A DNA stretch of 64,000 nt from Escherichia coli. GTDB taxonomy: Bacteria > Pseudomonadota > Gammaproteobacteria > Enterobacterales > Enterobacteriaceae. Of this stretch, positions 1 to 14,055 are shown piece after piece. Both the position numbers and the translations under genes were made by a program. The first letter of the stretch is position 1. Each line of letters opens with the position of its first letter. Under the pieces are notes generated by a model. The model saw nothing but the letters and a program-made list of their open reading frames with translations. It searched no databases and was not told the DNA's origin. The DNA is taken from assembly GCF_013315695.1 (NCBI RefSeq), contig NZ_CP054353.1; one strand, written 5' to 3'.

Positions 1-1020
1 AGTTGTAAAGGTTCAGTTGATTCTACGATTGCGGATTTATTAGAAAAACCATTGAATAATGCCTTATTAGCAATAAGGAACGAACATCTGCTATTAATGC
101 CTCATGTATGTAGTGAATCGATTTCATACTTACTGGGCGAAAATGGTATACTTGAAGAAATAGATAAGCTCTACGAATCAAATGATCACGGAATTGATAA
201 TCACAAAAAAGGTAACAATGAAATTAATGACATCATGATTAACCTGTCTCATATTCTTATTGATTCCTTAGATGATGCAAAGGTTAACCTTACACCGGTC
301 ATCGATTCGATGCTGGAGACTTTTTTAAAATTCCCATATATTTATGATGTAAGAATACTGGAGTGGTGCTTTAATAAAAGCATGCAATATTCTGATGATA
401 CAAAAAAGATAAAGCATGCATGCTCCGTAATAAATCATATTAATCTTCGCAGCGATCAGTCTAAAATAGCTGAGGCATTATTTTTCAATCTCGATAAAGA
501 ACCCTATAAAAATAGCCCTGAATTACAGGGGTTGATTTGGAATAAGTTGGTTGTATATGTCAATGATTTTAACTTAAGCAATCGAGAAAAAACATATTTA
601 ATACAAAGGATATTTAATAATGTTGAGTCTGTATTTAATAAAGTGCCTGTCAGCATTTTAGTAAATGATATTTTTCTGAAGGATTTTTTTATGAAAAATC
701 CTGAGATGATTAATTGGTATTTCCCTCAGTTACTTAATACCTATGAGGGTGAAAAGATTTATTTTGATAAGTTGGGGTATGATTTTAATAATAAAGAGTC
801 TAATGATGAGATTATGAAAAATCAACCAAATGATGTTATTAATGAAAAAATTAATAATGAATTAAAACTTAGGTTTAGAATGATGCAAACTATCTTGAAA
901 TCGAGAGTTAATGTATTACCATATATTAATGAACAGCGTTTAAATAAACTAAATCCACCGGAAAATTTACGTATAGCAATAGAAAAATTTGGGTGGAATA
1001 ATAAACCTATCACTGCATAA
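1..1020 (+). CDS. yjgL: AT-rich hypothetical protein, C-terminal part; 5-prime end lies outside the window
   Basis: Reading frame is open from base 1 in frame with ORF 52..1020; N/K/I-rich low-GC protein; position upstream of argI matches K-12 yjgL synteny. Confidence 0.55.
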   Translation, partial: SCKGSVDSTIADLLEKPLNNALLAIRNEHLLLMPHVCSESISYLLGENGILEEIDKLYESNDHGIDNHKKGNNEINDIMINLSHILIDSLDDAKVNLTPVIDSMLETFLKFPYIYDVRILEWCFNKSMQYSDDTKKIKHACSVINHINLRSDQSKIAEALFFNLDKEPYKNSPELQGLIWNKLVVYVNDFNLSNREKTYLIQRIFNNVESVFNKVPVSILVNDIFLKDFFMKNPEMINWYFPQLLNTYEGEKIYFDKLGYDFNNKESNDEIMKNQPNDVINEKINNELKLRFRMMQTILKSRVNVLPYINEQRLNKLNPPENLRIAIEKFGWNNKPITA

Positions 1021-1075
1021 AATAATGTAATGCCGGGATGGTTTGTATTTCCCGGCATCTTTATAACAATATCAA

Positions 1076-2080
1076 TTATTTACTGAGCGTCGCGACCATC
1101 ACCGCTTTGATGGTATGCATGCGGTTTTCCGCCTGATCAAATACAATGCTGGCGGCAGATTCGAAGACCTCATCAGTCACTTCCATTCCGCCATGTAGGC
1201 CAAACTCTTCCGCCATTTTCTTGCCAAGCGTCGTTTGGTCGTCATGAAACGCGGGCAGGCAGTGGAGGAATTTGACCTCCGGGTTACCGGTCAACTGCAT
1301 CATCTTGCTGTTCACTTGATAATCACGCAGCAATGCAATGCGTTCAGCCCATTTCTCTTTTGCTTCACCCATCGACACCCATACATCGGTATAGATAAAG
1401 TCAGCACCTTCAACTCCTTTAGCTACATCTTCCGTCAGCGTAATATTCCCGCCATTTTGCTGTGCCAGAGCGCGGCATTCCGTAACCAGCGCAGCTTCCG
1501 GCCAGCATGCCTGTGGCGCGACCAGACGCAAATCCAGACCGGTAAGCGCCGCAGCTTCGAGCATCGAATTGCCCATGTTGTTACGTGCGTCACCTGCATA
1601 GACCAGCGTCATTTCGTTGAATGCTTTACCGGGTAAATGCTCCTGCATGGTGAGGAGATCCGCCAGCAACTGCGTGGGGTGAAACTCATTGGTCAGGCCG
1701 TTCCATACCGGCACGCCAGCGTATTCCGCCAGTGTTTCGACAATCTCCTGACCATAGCCGCGATACTGAATACCGTCATACATGCGACCCAGCACGCGGG
1801 CAGTGTCTTTAATCGACTCTTTATGACCAATCTGACTGCCGCTTGGGCCGAGATAAGTAACGCGAGCACCCTGGTCATATGCGGCAACTTCGAAAGAGCA
1901 TCGGGTACGGGTCGAGTCTTTTTCGAAGATGAGCGCGATGTTTTTACCAGTGAGTTTGGCTTCTTCTTTGCCGCTTTTCTTATCGGCTTTCAGCTTCGCG
2001 GCTAACTGCAGCAGGCTGTTGAGTTCAGCTGGCGTGAAATCGAGTAATTTCAGGAAATGCTTATGATAAAACCCGGACAT
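1076..2080 (-). CDS. argI: ornithine carbamoyltransferase
   Basis: 334-aa translation with carbamoyl-phosphate binding STRTR motif and HCLP motif; matches E. coli ArgI. Confidence 0.95.
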
Positions 2081-2105
2081 AGATCCCTCCTGTGGCTAAC
2101 GCCTC

Positions 2106-2144
2106 AATGAATTAAAATTCAATTTATATGGATGATTATTCATT
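2106..2144 (-). promoter_or_regulatory. Two tandem ARG boxes (ArgR operator) in argI promoter region
   Basis: aatgaattaaaattcaat and tatggatgattattcatt, two 18-bp TGAAT...ATTCA-type palindromes separated by 3 bp, directly upstream of argI. Confidence 0.6.
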
Positions 2145-2241
2145 TGCAAGTCTAAAGCATAAATCTTTGTCACAAAGGTGGAGGCAATGCCAGTGGTGTG
2201 TGACAATATGAGTATCGGCAGGACATTAAGAGGAATGAGCC

Positions 2242-2658
2242 ATGGCAAACCCGGAACAACTGGAAGAACAGCGTGAAGAAACACGTTTGATTATTGAAGA
2301 ATTACTGGAAGATGGCAGCGATCCGGACGCACTGTACACCATCGAACACCATCTTTCCGCAGACGATCTGGAAACCCTGGAAAAAGCAGCAGTTGAAGCG
2401 TTTAAACTCGGTTACGAAGTGACCGATCCAGAAGAGCTGGAAGTTGAAGATGGTGATATCGTGATTTGCTGCGACATCCTCAGCGAGTGCGCGTTGAATG
2501 CCGATCTGATCGATGCCCAGGTTGAACAACTGATGACGCTGGCGGAGAAATTTGACGTTGAGTACGACGGTTGGGGCACTTACTTTGAAGATCCCAACGG
2601 CGAAGACGGCGACGATGAAGATTTTGTCGATGAAGACGATGACGGGGTTCGCCACTAA
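2242..2658 (+). CDS. rraB: regulator of ribonuclease activity B, acidic protein
   Basis: 138-aa highly acidic protein; matches RraB (YjgD) and its position next to argI. Confidence 0.9.
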
Positions 2659-2703
2659 TTAATTGATTAAAATGCCCGATAGCACACACTAGCGGGCATT
2701 TTT

Positions 2704-3207
2704 TTAGAGTTCGCGTAGCATCCGCACTTCACAATCGACATGGCCCGTGCAGCCAAGCGCATAGTCGATATGCTCAAAGCCCAAATGCTCATAAAGCGCA
2801 ATGGCTTCCTTTAAAAAAGCGGTCGTTTCCAGATAGCAGCGTTTGAAGCCCATTTCTCGTGCCTGCTCCATCGCCATTAAGGCCAGTTTTTTCGCCAGCC
2901 CTTTACCGCGAATAGCCGGAAGAAAATACATCTTTTGCAGTTCGCAAATGTCCGATTCACTACCTGCTAATGGCGCAATCCCACCGCCGCCGACCACTTC
3001 ACCCTCGTACTCAACCACCCAATATGCATGACCCGGCTGACTATACACTTGATACAGCTCGTCAAGATTCGGATCGGCGACGGTGTAGCCTTTATCAGCG
3101 GTAAGACCGTATTCGGCGGATACCTGACGAATGACGCGGGCGATAGCAGGATTATCCTGCAACGTCAGGCGACGCATTACAGGTGATTGCGGCGCAATGT
3201 TATTCAT
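2704..3207 (-). CDS. yjgM: GNAT family N-acetyltransferase
   Basis: 167 aa with acetyl-CoA binding R-G-x-G-x-A-type motif ([10 protein letters not shown]); K-12 synteny. Confidence 0.85.
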   Translation of the reverse strand: MNNIAPQSPVMRRLTLQDNPAIARVIRQVSAEYGLTADKGYTVADPNLDELYQVYSQPGHAYWVVEYEGEVVGGGGIAPLAGSESDICELQKMYFLPAIRGKGLAKKLALMAMEQAREMGFKRCYLETTAFLKEAIALYEHLGFEHIDYALGCTGHVDCEVRMLREL

Positions 3208-3399
3208 AGTTTAACCCAATAAAAATAAAGTAATTATACATTTGTTTAATACCACTCTCTTCTTACGTGCGCAAGCGTCTTATAAAGCAATAAAGTTTTT
3301 GCCAGCCTATTACTGATAAGAGTATTGTAACGTGGCAGAACATTTTACTGTCTGTATCTATAAATTATATCAATGGATTTTTTAATTCAGGGAATTTTT

Positions 3400-4596
3400 A
3401 TGGCTCAAGTTATTAATGAAATGGATGTTCCGTCCCATTCGTTTGTTTTTCATGGTACAGGTGAGAGATATTTTCTTATTTGTGTGGTGAATGTGTTGTT
3501 AACGATTATAACGCTAGGTATCTATTTACCATGGGCATTAATGAAATGTAGGCGTTATCTCTATGCTAATATGGAAGTTAACGGACAACGATTTTCTTAT
3601 GGAATTACTGGTGGGAATGTTTTTTTTAGTTGTCTTGTTTTTGTTTTTTTCTATTTCGCAATCTTAATGACAGTGTCAGCAGATATGCCGCTTGTTGGCT
3701 GTGTTTTGACTTTGTCACTGTTGGTTTTGCTTATATTTATGGCAGCAAAAGGACTGCGTTATCAGGCCTTGATGACCAGTCTCAACGGCGTAAGATTTAG
3801 TTTTAATTGCTCTATGAAAGGGTTCTGGTGGGTAACCTTTTTCTTGCCGATTTTAATGGCCATTGGGATGGGGACTGTTTTCTTTATCTCGACAAAGATG
3901 CTACATGCCAATAGTTCAAGTAGTGTTATTATATCTGTGGTTCTGATGGCAATAGTTGGTATTGTTTCCATTGGTATTTTTAATGGTACTTTATATAGCC
4001 TGGTAATGAGTTTTCTCTGGAGCAATACCAGTTTCGGTATACATCGTTTCAAGGTGAAATTAGATACTGCGTATTGTATAAAATATGCCATCCTCGCATT
4101 TTTAGCTTTATTACCTTTTCTCGCTGTTGCTGGTTATATTATCTTCGATCAAATATTAAATGCGTATGATAGTTCTGTGTATGCAAATGATGATATTGAG
4201 AATTTACAGCAATTTATGGAAATGCAACGTAAAATGATAATCGCGCAGTTAATCTATTATTTTGGGATTGCTGTTAGCACCAGTTATTTAACGGTGTCGT
4301 TGCGAAATCATTTTATGAGCAACCTGTCACTGAATGATGGGCGTATTCGTTTTCGCTCAACTTTAACATACCACGGTATGCTTTATCGCATGTGTGCGTT
4401 GGTGGTGATATCCGGGATTACGGGCGGTCTGGCTTATCCACTGCTGAAAATATGGATGATTGACTGGCAGGCAAAAAATACGTATTTGCTGGGCGATTTG
4501 GATGACCTTCCTTTAATCAATAAAGAAGAACAACCAGATAAAGGCTTCTTAGCCAGTATTTCACGGGGAATTATGCCTTCTTTACCATTTCTGTAA
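3400..4596 (+). CDS. yjgN: DUF898-type inner membrane protein
   Basis: Multi-pass hydrophobic protein; start chosen at internal ATG (MAQVINEMD) to give 398 aa as in K-12 YjgN. Confidence 0.8.
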   Translation: MAQVINEMDVPSHSFVFHGTGERYFLICVVNVLLTIITLGIYLPWALMKCRRYLYANMEVNGQRFSYGITGGNVFFSCLVFVFFYFAILMTVSADMPLVGCVLTLSLLVLLIFMAAKGLRYQALMTSLNGVRFSFNCSMKGFWWVTFFLPILMAIGMGTVFFISTKMLHANSSSSVIISVVLMAIVGIVSIGIFNGTLYSLVMSFLWSNTSFGIHRFKVKLDTAYCIKYAILAFLALLPFLAVAGYIIFDQILNAYDSSVYANDDIENLQQFMEMQRKMIIAQLIYYFGIAVSTSYLTVSLRNHFMSNLSLNDGRIRFRSTLTYHGMLYRMCALVVISGITGGLAYPLLKIWMIDWQAKNTYLLGDLDDLPLINKEEQPDKGFLASISRGIMPSLPFL

Positions 4597-4604
4597 GAGA
4601 TAAA

Positions 4605-4640
4605 AAAGGCCGGAGCATGCTCCGGCCTTCGTTTTCATCA
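4605..4640. terminator. Bidirectional rho-independent terminator between yjgN and valS
   Basis: Perfect GC-rich hairpin aaggccggagcatgctccggcctt flanked by A-run and T-run. Confidence 0.65.
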
Positions 4641-4651
4641 CTGTGTTTTGA

Positions 4652-7507
4652 TTACAGCGCGGCGATAACAGCCTGCTGTTCAATCAGCTTAGCTTTCGCT
4701 TCTGCATAGCCTTCCAGCTTCTCACGCTCTTTCGCGATGACCGCTTCCGGTGCGCGGGCGACAAAGCCTTCATTCGCCAGCTTGTTCTCGATACGGCTGA
4801 TTTCGCCTTCGATCTTCGCCACTTCTTTCGCCAGACGCGCCAGCTCATCTTCTTTGTTGATGAGGCCAGCCATCGGGATCAGCAGCTCTGCGCCGTCGAT
4901 GATCTTCGTAACGGAAACCGGACCTTTGTCATCGGCAGGCAGCACGGTGATGCTTTCCAGACGCGCCAGGGTTTGCAGGAAGCCACGGTTTTCATTTACG
5001 CGACGTTCTGCATCCGCGCTGCAACCACGCAGCAGCAGCTCCAGCGGTTTGCCCGGCGCGATATTCATTTCTGCACGGATGTTACGTACGGCAACGATCG
5101 CCTGTTTCAGCCACTCGGTGTCGGCCAGCGCCGCTTCATCAACCTGAGACGCATCATACTGCGGGAACGGCTGCAGCATGATGGTGTCGGCAGTGATACC
5201 GCAAAGTACTTTCACACGCTGCCAGATGGTTTCGGTGATGAACGGAATGATCGGATGCGCGAGGCGCAGCAGACCTTCCAGTACAGTCACCAGCGTATGG
5301 CGAGTACCGCGCAGTTCGGCGTCTGTTCCACCGTTCATTACCGGCTTGGTCAGCTCCAGATACCAGTCGCAGAACTGGTTCCAGGTGAACTCATACAGAA
5401 TGCCTGCGGCGATATCGAAGCGGAAGCTGTCCAGCGCTTCGCGGTACGCTTTGATGGTCTGGTTGAACTCCGCCAGAATCCAGCGATCCGCCAGCGACAG
5501 CGTCATTTCACCGCCGTTAAAGCCGCAATCCTGACCTTCTGTGTTCATCAGCACAAAGCGGCTGGCGTTCCACAGCTTGTTACAGAAGTTACGGTAACCT
5601 TCCAGGCGCTTCATATCCCAGTTGATGTCACGACCGGTAGAAGCCAGTGCCGCCAGGGTGAAACGCAGCGCGTCAGTACCGTGCGGCTCAATACCGTTCG
5701 GGAACTGCTTCTCGGTGCGCTTACGGATTTTGTCCGCCAGCTGCGGCTGCATCATATTGCCGGTACGTTTCTCCAGCAGTTCCGGCAGCGAAATACCGTC
5801 AACCATATCCAGCGGGTCAATAACGTTACCCTTGGATTTGGACATCTTCTGACCTTCGTCATCACGAATCAGACCAGTCATGTAAACGGTGTGGAACGGC
5901 ACCTGCGGTTTGCCATTTTCATCTTTGATGAAGTGCATGGTCATCATGATCATGCGGGCAATCCAGAAGAAGATGATGTCGAAGCCGGATACCATCACGC
6001 TGGTTGGGTGGAACTGACGCAGGGCGTCGGTGTTTTCCGGCCAGCCAAGGGTAGAGAAGGTCCACAGCGCAGAAGAGAACCAGGTGTCGAGAACGTCTTC
6101 GTCCTGACGTAGAGCAACGTCGGCACCGAGGTTATTTTCTTTACGCACTTCATCTTCGTTGCGGCCAACATAAACGTTACCCGCTTCGTCGTACCATGCC
6201 GGGATACGGTGACCCCACCACAGCTGACGAGAGATACACCAGTCCTGAATATCGCGCATCCAGGAGAAGTACATGTTTTCGTACTGCTTCGGTACGAACT
6301 GAATGTCGCCGTTCTCAACCGCTTCAACCGCCGGTTTCGCCAGTACATCGGCACGCACGTACCACTGGTCGGTCAGCATTGGTTCGATAACTACGCCGCC
6401 ACGGTCGCCGTAAGGAACGGTCAGGTCGTGCGGTTTAATTTCTTCCAGCAGGCCGAGTGCGTCAACCGCAGCAACGACCGCTTTACGTGCAGCAAAACGC
6501 TCGAGTTTCTGGAACTCTGCCGGGATTTCGCTGGAATAAACGTCAGATTCGTTACCTTTGGTATCGAACACCTGGGCGCTTTCACGGATATCGCCGTCAA
6601 AGGTCAGGATGTTGATCATCGGCAGCGCGTGACGTTTACCCACTTCATAGTCGTTAAAGTCGTGCGCCGGAGTGATTTTCACGCAGCCGGTGCCTTTTTC
6701 CATGTCGGCGTGTTCGTCGCCAACGATCGGAATACGACGGTTAACCAGCGGCAGAATGACATATTTGCCAATCAGATCTTTGTAACGCGGATCTTCCGGG
6801 TTAACGGCTACGCCAGTATCGCCCAGCAGGGTTTCCGGACGGGTAGTCGCGACCACCAGATAATCTTTACCGTCTGCGGTTTTCGCACCGTCAGCCAGCG
6901 GATAGCGGATGTGCCACATCGAACCTTTCGATTCGCGGTTTTCCACTTCCAGGTCAGAGATAGCGGTGCGCAGTTTCGGGTCCCAGTTTACCAGGCGTTT
7001 GCCACGGTAAATCAGGTCTTCTTTATATAGACGAACGAAAACTTCTTTCACCGCATTGGACAGGCCTTCGTCCATCGTGAAGCGTTCACGCTCCCAGTCG
7101 ACGGAGTTGCCGAGACGGCGCATCTGACGGGTAATGGTGCCGCCGGACTCCGCTTTCCATTCCCAGATTTTGTCGATGAAAGCTTCGCGGCCGTAGTCGT
7201 GACGGGTTTTACCTTCTTCTGCGGCAATCTTGCGCTCAACGACCATCTGGGTAGCGATCCCAGCGTGGTCAGTACCGACCTGCCACAGGGTGTTTTTGCC
7301 CTGCATGCGCTGATAGCGGATCATGGTATCCATGATGGTTTGCTGGAAGGCGTGACCCATATGCAAACTGCCGGTGACGTTCGGCGGCGGGATCATGATG
7401 CAGAAACTCTCCTGGCTTTCATCGCCATTAGGCTTAAAGTAGCCCTGCTTTTCCCAGTGCTCGTAAAGCGGCTGTTCGATATCTTGTGGGTTATATGTCT
7501 TTTCCAT
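4652..7507 (-). CDS. valS: valine--tRNA ligase
   Basis: 951 aa with class I synthetase HMGH and KMSKS motifs and C-terminal coiled coil. Confidence 0.97.
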   Translation of the reverse strand: MEKTYNPQDIEQPLYEHWEKQGYFKPNGDESQESFCIMIPPPNVTGSLHMGHAFQQTIMDTMIRYQRMQGKNTLWQVGTDHAGIATQMVVERKIAAEEGKTRHDYGREAFIDKIWEWKAESGGTITRQMRRLGNSVDWERERFTMDEGLSNAVKEVFVRLYKEDLIYRGKRLVNWDPKLRTAISDLEVENRESKGSMWHIRYPLADGAKTADGKDYLVVATTRPETLLGDTGVAVNPEDPRYKDLIGKYVILPLVNRRIPIVGDEHADMEKGTGCVKITPAHDFNDYEVGKRHALPMINILTFDGDIRESAQVFDTKGNESDVYSSEIPAEFQKLERFAARKAVVAAVDALGLLEEIKPHDLTVPYGDRGGVVIEPMLTDQWYVRADVLAKPAVEAVENGDIQFVPKQYENMYFSWMRDIQDWCISRQLWWGHRIPAWYDEAGNVYVGRNEDEVRKENNLGADVALRQDEDVLDTWFSSALWTFSTLGWPENTDALRQFHPTSVMVSGFDIIFFWIARMIMMTMHFIKDENGKPQVPFHTVYMTGLIRDDEGQKMSKSKGNVIDPLDMVDGISLPELLEKRTGNMMQPQLADKIRKRTEKQFPNGIEPHGTDALRFTLAALASTGRDINWDMKRLEGYRNFCNKLWNASRFVLMNTEGQDCGFNGGEMTLSLADRWILAEFNQTIKAYREALDSFRFDIAAGILYEFTWNQFCDWYLELTKPVMNGGTDAELRGTRHTLVTVLEGLLRLAHPIIPFITETIWQRVKVLCGITADTIMLQPFPQYDASQVDEAALADTEWLKQAIVAVRNIRAEMNIAPGKPLELLLRGCSADAERRVNENRGFLQTLARLESITVLPADDKGPVSVTKIIDGAELLIPMAGLINKEDELARLAKEVAKIEGEISRIENKLANEGFVARAPEAVIAKEREKLEGYAEAKAKLIEQQAVIAAL

Positions 7508-7950
7508 TATTTCCAGGTTGCCGTATTCAGGTTGAAACCAGCCACGCGGTAGGCTTTATAGCGTTCGCGCGCCAGTTGTTTCAGAGAATCTTCATAAGGA
7601 ACGAAGTCTACCACTTCTGTGAAAGCGGTGGCAAAATCTGCAAAGCTTGTTCGCAGACTAATCAATATATCGTGCGGGCTGCTGCTGCGTTTTTGCGGCC
7701 AGGCGATCTCCACCGGCGCACCGCCGCGCGGTCCTTCTCCCGCTAAATTATGCGGAACAAAGCTTTCTGCCGGACGCGCCCATAGGGCTTCATCCAGCCG
7801 GTAAGCCTGCTTTTCATCTTCACAGGCGATGAGCACGCGCTTACCGCTGCGCCAACGTTCTGCGGCAATTTCACACACCAGTTGCTCAACGGCGCTTAAG
7901 CCATCGACGGTGGTGTCATTGTCCAGAAGGTAGAACGTCGCGTTTTTCAT
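7507..7950 (-). CDS. holC: DNA polymerase III chi subunit
   Basis: 147-aa protein matching HolC; immediately upstream of valS with overlapping stop/start. Confidence 0.93.
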   Translation of the reverse strand: MKNATFYLLDNDTTVDGLSAVEQLVCEIAAERWRSGKRVLIACEDEKQAYRLDEALWARPAESFVPHNLAGEGPRGGAPVEIAWPQKRSSSPHDILISLRTSFADFATAFTEVVDFVPYEDSLKQLARERYKAYRVAGFNLNTATWK

Positions 7951-7984
7951 AAATGGGGCTTCTTGTGGTGGATTTAAATACGCA

Positions 7985-8300
<316 letters not shown>

Positions 8301-8303
8301 CAA

Positions 8304-9818
<1,515 letters not shown>

Positions 9819-10081
9819 CTACGCTCCTGAATCTTAAAGACAACGGCGGTGGCTACAGATAGAATTGCAAGCTTTCGTAACTCATGTCCGCTGTTGCGAT
9901 GACTTCGTGTTAATCTTAACGTTATTACGGCATTGGCACGTCAGAACAAAATCTGAGAGGTGAATCCGTTGAGTATAATTATCTTAGCGACGATTTCGAC
10001 GACTCAAGAGAATAAATGACGTTTAAGCCATGAAACAAGCTAAAATCCTGCAAAAGACGAGTTTTTACGGGCGTATTTAAA

Positions 10082-11182
10082 GTGATAATCATAAGATATC
10101 TGGTGCGGGAGACGCTCAAAAGCCAGCTGGCGATACTCTTCATCTTGCTTTTGATCTTCTTCTGTCAAAAGTTAGTGAGGATCCTCGGCGCAGCGGTTGA
10201 CGGCGATATTCCGGCGAATCTGGTGCTCTCCCTTCTCGGGTTGGGCGTGCCGGAAATGGCGCAGCTTATCCTGCCATTAAGCCTGTTCCTCGGGCTGCTG
10301 ATGACGCTGGGCAAACTGTATACCGAAAGTGAAATTACGGTAATGCATGCCTGCGGCCTGAGCAAAGCGGTTCTGGTGAAAGCGGCAATGATCCTTGCGG
10401 TATTCACGGCAATCGTCGCGGCGATTAACGTGATGTGGGCGGGACCGTGGTCATCGCGTCATCAGGATGAAGTGTTAGCAGAAGCGAAAGCGAACCCTGG
10501 CATGGCGGCGCTGGCGCAAGGGCAATTCCAGCAAGCGACTAATGGCAGTTCGGTGCTGTTCATCGAAAGCGTTGACGGCAGCGATTTCAAAGATGTGTTC
10601 CTCGCGCAAATTCGACCAAAAGGTAATGCACGTCCTTCTGTGGTGGTGGCCGATTCCGGACATTTAACCCAGCTGCGCGACGGCTCCCAGGTCGTCACTC
10701 TCAACCAGGGAACGCGCTTCGAAGGCACTGCACTGTTACGTGATTTCCGCATTACGGATTTCCAGGATTATCAGGCGATCATTGGTCACCAGGCGGTGGC
10801 GCTCGACCCGAACGATACCGACCAGATGGACATGCGCACATTGTGGAACACTGACACCGATCGTGCTCGCGCAGAACTGAACTGGCGTATCACGTTGGTA
10901 TTCACCGTGTTTATGATGGCACTTATGGTCGTACCGCTGAGCGTGGTTAACCCACGTCAGGGACGCGTACTGTCGATGCTGCCAGCCATGCTGCTGTATC
11001 TACTTTTCTTCCTGATCCAGACCTCCCTGAAATCGAACGGCGGTAAAGGTAAGCTGGACCCGACGCTGTGGATGTGGACCGTTAACCTGATTTATCTGGC
11101 TTTGGCGATTGTTCTCAACCTTTGGGACACCGTGCCGGTCCGCCGCCTGCGCGCCAGTTTTTCGCGTAAAGGAGCGGTGTGA
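10082..11182 (+). CDS. lptF: LPS export ABC transporter permease LptF
   Basis: 366-aa membrane permease; synteny divergent from pepA. Confidence 0.93.
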   Translation: MIIIRYLVRETLKSQLAILFILLLIFFCQKLVRILGAAVDGDIPANLVLSLLGLGVPEMAQLILPLSLFLGLLMTLGKLYTESEITVMHACGLSKAVLVKAAMILAVFTAIVAAINVMWAGPWSSRHQDEVLAEAKANPGMAALAQGQFQQATNGSSVLFIESVDGSDFKDVFLAQIRPKGNARPSVVVADSGHLTQLRDGSQVVTLNQGTRFEGTALLRDFRITDFQDYQAIIGHQAVALDPNDTDQMDMRTLWNTDTDRARAELNWRITLVFTVFMMALMVVPLSVVNPRQGRVLSMLPAMLLYLLFFLIQTSLKSNGGKGKLDPTLWMWTVNLIYLALAIVLNLWDTVPVRRLRASFSRKGAV

Positions 11183-12264
11183 TGCAACCTTTTGGCGTAC
11201 TTGACCGCTATATCGGTAAAACTATTTTCACCACCATCATGATGACGCTGTTCATGCTGGTGTCGCTGTCGGGCATTATCAAGTTTGTCGATCAGCTGAA
11301 AAAAGCCGGGCAGGGGAGTTACGACGCGTTAGGCGCAGGAATGTATACCTTGCTGAGCGTGCCGAAAGATGTGCAGATCTTCTTCCCGATGGCGGCTCTG
11401 CTTGGGGCGTTGCTTGGTCTTGGGATGCTGGCGCAGCGCAGCGAACTGGTGGTGATGCAGGCTTCTGGTTTTACCCGTATGCAGGTGGCGCTGTCGGTGA
11501 TGAAAACCGCCATTCCGCTGGTCTTACTGACGATGGCGATTGGCGAATGGGTCGCGCCGCAGGGCGAGCAGATGGCGCGTAACTACCGTGCGCAGGCGAT
11601 GTACGGCGGCTCGTTGCTCTCTACCCAGCAAGGCTTATGGGCGAAAGATGGCAACAACTTCGTCTACATTGAGCGGGTTAAAGGTGACGAAGAGTTAGGT
11701 GGCATCAGCATTTATGCCTTTAACGAGAATCGTCGTCTGCAATCCGTACGCTATGCCGCTACTGCGAAGTTTGACCCGGAACATAAAGTCTGGCGTCTGT
11801 CGCAGGTTGATGAATCTGATCTGACCAATCCGAAACAGATTACCGGTTCGCAGACGGTGAGCGGCACCTGGAAAACCAACCTCACGCCTGACAAACTGGG
11901 CGTGGTGGCGCTGGACCCGGATGCACTCTCTATCAGCGGTTTGCACAACTATGTGAAGTATCTGAAGTCGAGCGGTCAGGATGCCGGACGTTATCAGCTC
12001 AACATGTGGAGCAAAATCTTCCAGCCGCTATCTGTGGCGGTGATGATGCTGATGGCGCTGTCGTTCATCTTTGGCCCACTGCGTAGCGTACCGATGGGCG
12101 TGCGTGTGGTCACCGGTATCAGTTTCGGTTTTGTCTTCTACGTACTGGACCAGATCTTCGGCCCGCTGACGTTGGTTTATGGCATCCCGCCGATCATCGG
12201 CGCACTGTTGCCAAGCGCCAGCTTCTTCTTAATCAGCCTGTGGCTGTTAATGAGAAAATCGTAA
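11182..12264 (+). CDS. lptG: LPS export ABC transporter permease LptG
   Basis: 360 aa; ATG overlaps lptF stop (TGATG), consistent with translational coupling. Confidence 0.93.
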   Translation: MQPFGVLDRYIGKTIFTTIMMTLFMLVSLSGIIKFVDQLKKAGQGSYDALGAGMYTLLSVPKDVQIFFPMAALLGALLGLGMLAQRSELVVMQASGFTRMQVALSVMKTAIPLVLLTMAIGEWVAPQGEQMARNYRAQAMYGGSLLSTQQGLWAKDGNNFVYIERVKGDEELGGISIYAFNENRRLQSVRYAATAKFDPEHKVWRLSQVDESDLTNPKQITGSQTVSGTWKTNLTPDKLGVVALDPDALSISGLHNYVKYLKSSGQDAGRYQLNMWSKIFQPLSVAVMMLMALSFIFGPLRSVPMGVRVVTGISFGFVFYVLDQIFGPLTLVYGIPPIIGALLPSASFFLISLWLLMRKS

Positions 12265-12278
12265 CCGAATGAACGAAT

Positions 12279-12306
12279 AAAGGGAGCGAAAGCTCCCTTT
12301 ATTATT
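12279..12306 (+). terminator. Rho-independent terminator after lptG
   Basis: Hairpin aaagggagc-gaa-agctcccttt followed by a T-rich tail. Confidence 0.65.
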
Positions 12307-12374
12307 GTTAGCAAAGTGTGCTTCGTTCATTCCTGAAAAATAATTAAAATTCAATATATTGCAGTGGGGTGGGC

Positions 12375-12412
12375 ATGATAAGACGCGCCAGCGTCGCATC
12401 AGGCAAAGACAA
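12375..12412. repeat. REP-like palindromic element
   Basis: gataagacgcgccagcgtcgcatcaggc motif shared with the REP units at 7985-8300. Confidence 0.45.
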
Positions 12413-13928
12413 ATCTCGCCTGACTTACCTTCTTCTCCCCCCCCAGCAAACTCCCCAACATCCCGCGTACAATCTGATTCGTCACCTGGCGAGCGGCGCT
12501 TTTGGCCATTGTTTGCACCACACCATCTTTCTTCCCGCCGCGTGGTCCGGTAGTGCCGAACAAAATATCCTTCAATCCACCAAGAATGCCGTCATCCACC
12601 GCTACCTCTTTCCCTTTCGCGGGGGGATTATTTTGCTGCTCGGTACTGGCCTGAAAGCCTTTTTGCAACATCTCATAGGCGGATTCCCGGTCCACCTCAT
12701 CCTCATATTTGCCATACACCGGAGAGTGATTAATCAAGCCATTACGCTCATCTTCCGTCACCGGTCCCATCCGCGAACAAGGCGCAATCACCATCGCCCG
12801 TTCCACCACAGAAGGGCTTCCTTTCGCATCCAGAAAAGAGATCAACGCCTCGCCGGTGCCCAGTTTCTGAATCGCCTTTTCGGTATCAAATGCCGGATTG
12901 ACCCGCATGGTTTGCGCCGCAGCTTTTACCGCTTTCTGATCTTTGGGCGTAAAAGTCCGCAAAGCGTGTTGAACGCGATTACCGAGCTGGCCGAGCACGT
13001 TATCCGGAATATCGGACGGATTTTGCGAAACGAACCAGACGCCCACGCCTTTTGAGCGAATAAGCCTTATCACCTGCTCAATCTTATCCAGCAGTACCTG
13101 CGGTGCATCGTTAAACAGCAGATGTGCCTCGTCGAAGAAAAACACCAGTTTTGGTTTCTCCAGATCGCCCGCTTCCGGCAATTGTTCATACAACTCCGAG
13201 AGCATCCACAACAGGCTGGCGGCATACAGTTTCGGCATCTGATAAAGCTTCTCGGCGCTGAGGATATTGATAACGCCTTTACCGTTGGCATCGGTGCGCA
13301 TCCAGTCTTTGATATCCAGCATCGGCTCACCAAAGAAGTGTGCTGCGCCTTGCTGTTCCAGCGACAACAGCCCGCGCTGGATGGCACCAACCGATGCGCT
13401 ACTGATATTTCCGTACTGATTCTGGAAAGATTTGGCGTTATCGCCGATGTATTGGGTAATCGCCCGCAAATCTTTAAAGTCGAGCAGTAACAGCCCCTGA
13501 TCGTCAGCAATGCGGAAGATGATATTCAGCACGCCAGATTGCACATCGTTGAGATTCAACAGCCGCGCCAGCAACAGCGGCCCCAGATCCGAAACCGTCG
13601 CCCGCACCGGATGGCCTTTCTCGCCAAAGATATCCCACACCACCACCGGATTGGCATGCGGTTGCCAGTCATTGACGCCGATATTTTTAAGCCTTGTGAG
13701 CAGTTTTTCCGACGCCGTTCCTGCCTGCGCGATACCGGTCAGATCGCCTTTCACATCAGCCATAAACACCGGCACGCCGATTTCCGACAATGACTCTGCC
13801 AGTTTTTGCAGCGTAACGGTTTTACCCGTCCCCGTTGCGCCAGTAATCAGCCCGTGACGGTTAGCCATTCCCGGCAGTAAAAACAGTTCTGTGTCCGGCG
13901 TGCGGGCAATTAACAGGGGTTCGCTCAT
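12399..13928 (-). CDS. yjgR: DUF853 family P-loop NTPase
   Basis: Walker A GATGTGKT; start set at MSEPLL with GGAGG RBS to give about 500 aa. Confidence 0.85.
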   Translation of the reverse strand: MSEPLLIARTPDTELFLLPGMANRHGLITGATGTGKTVTLQKLAESLSEIGVPVFMADVKGDLTGIAQAGTASEKLLTRLKNIGVNDWQPHANPVVVWDIFGEKGHPVRATVSDLGPLLLARLLNLNDVQSGVLNIIFRIADDQGLLLLDFKDLRAITQYIGDNAKSFQNQYGNISSASVGAIQRGLLSLEQQGAAHFFGEPMLDIKDWMRTDANGKGVINILSAEKLYQMPKLYAASLLWMLSELYEQLPEAGDLEKPKLVFFFDEAHLLFNDAPQVLLDKIEQVIRLIRSKGVGVWFVSQNPSDIPDNVLGQLGNRVQHALRTFTPKDQKAVKAAAQTMRVNPAFDTEKAIQKLGTGEALISFLDAKGSPSVVERAMVIAPCSRMGPVTEDERNGLINHSPVYGKYEDEVDRESAYEMLQKGFQASTEQQNNPPAKGKEVAVDDGILGGLKDILFGTTGPRGGKKDGVVQTMAKSAARQVTNQIVRGMLGSLLGGEKKVSQARFVFA

Positions 13929-14055
13929 GAGATTTCCTCCAGTTCCTGCCTGGAGTATAGGCAACGGCTGTGCACTCTTCACCGCTAAATTCAGCAGATT
14001 GCGAGACGCCTTCCAAAGAGATTTAAGTGCCGGGCGACAGCACCCGGCAAAGGGA

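Noticed and set aside
4737-7552. Multiple 60-380 aa ORFs on the plus strand overlapping valS
   Set aside because: They lie antisense within a well-supported 951-aa valS gene and have no RBS or motif support; typical GC-rich antisense artefacts
12369-13055. 228-aa plus-strand ORF opposite yjgR
   Set aside because: Antisense to the yjgR coding region, begins inside a REP element, His/Arg-rich translation typical of a wrong-frame artefact
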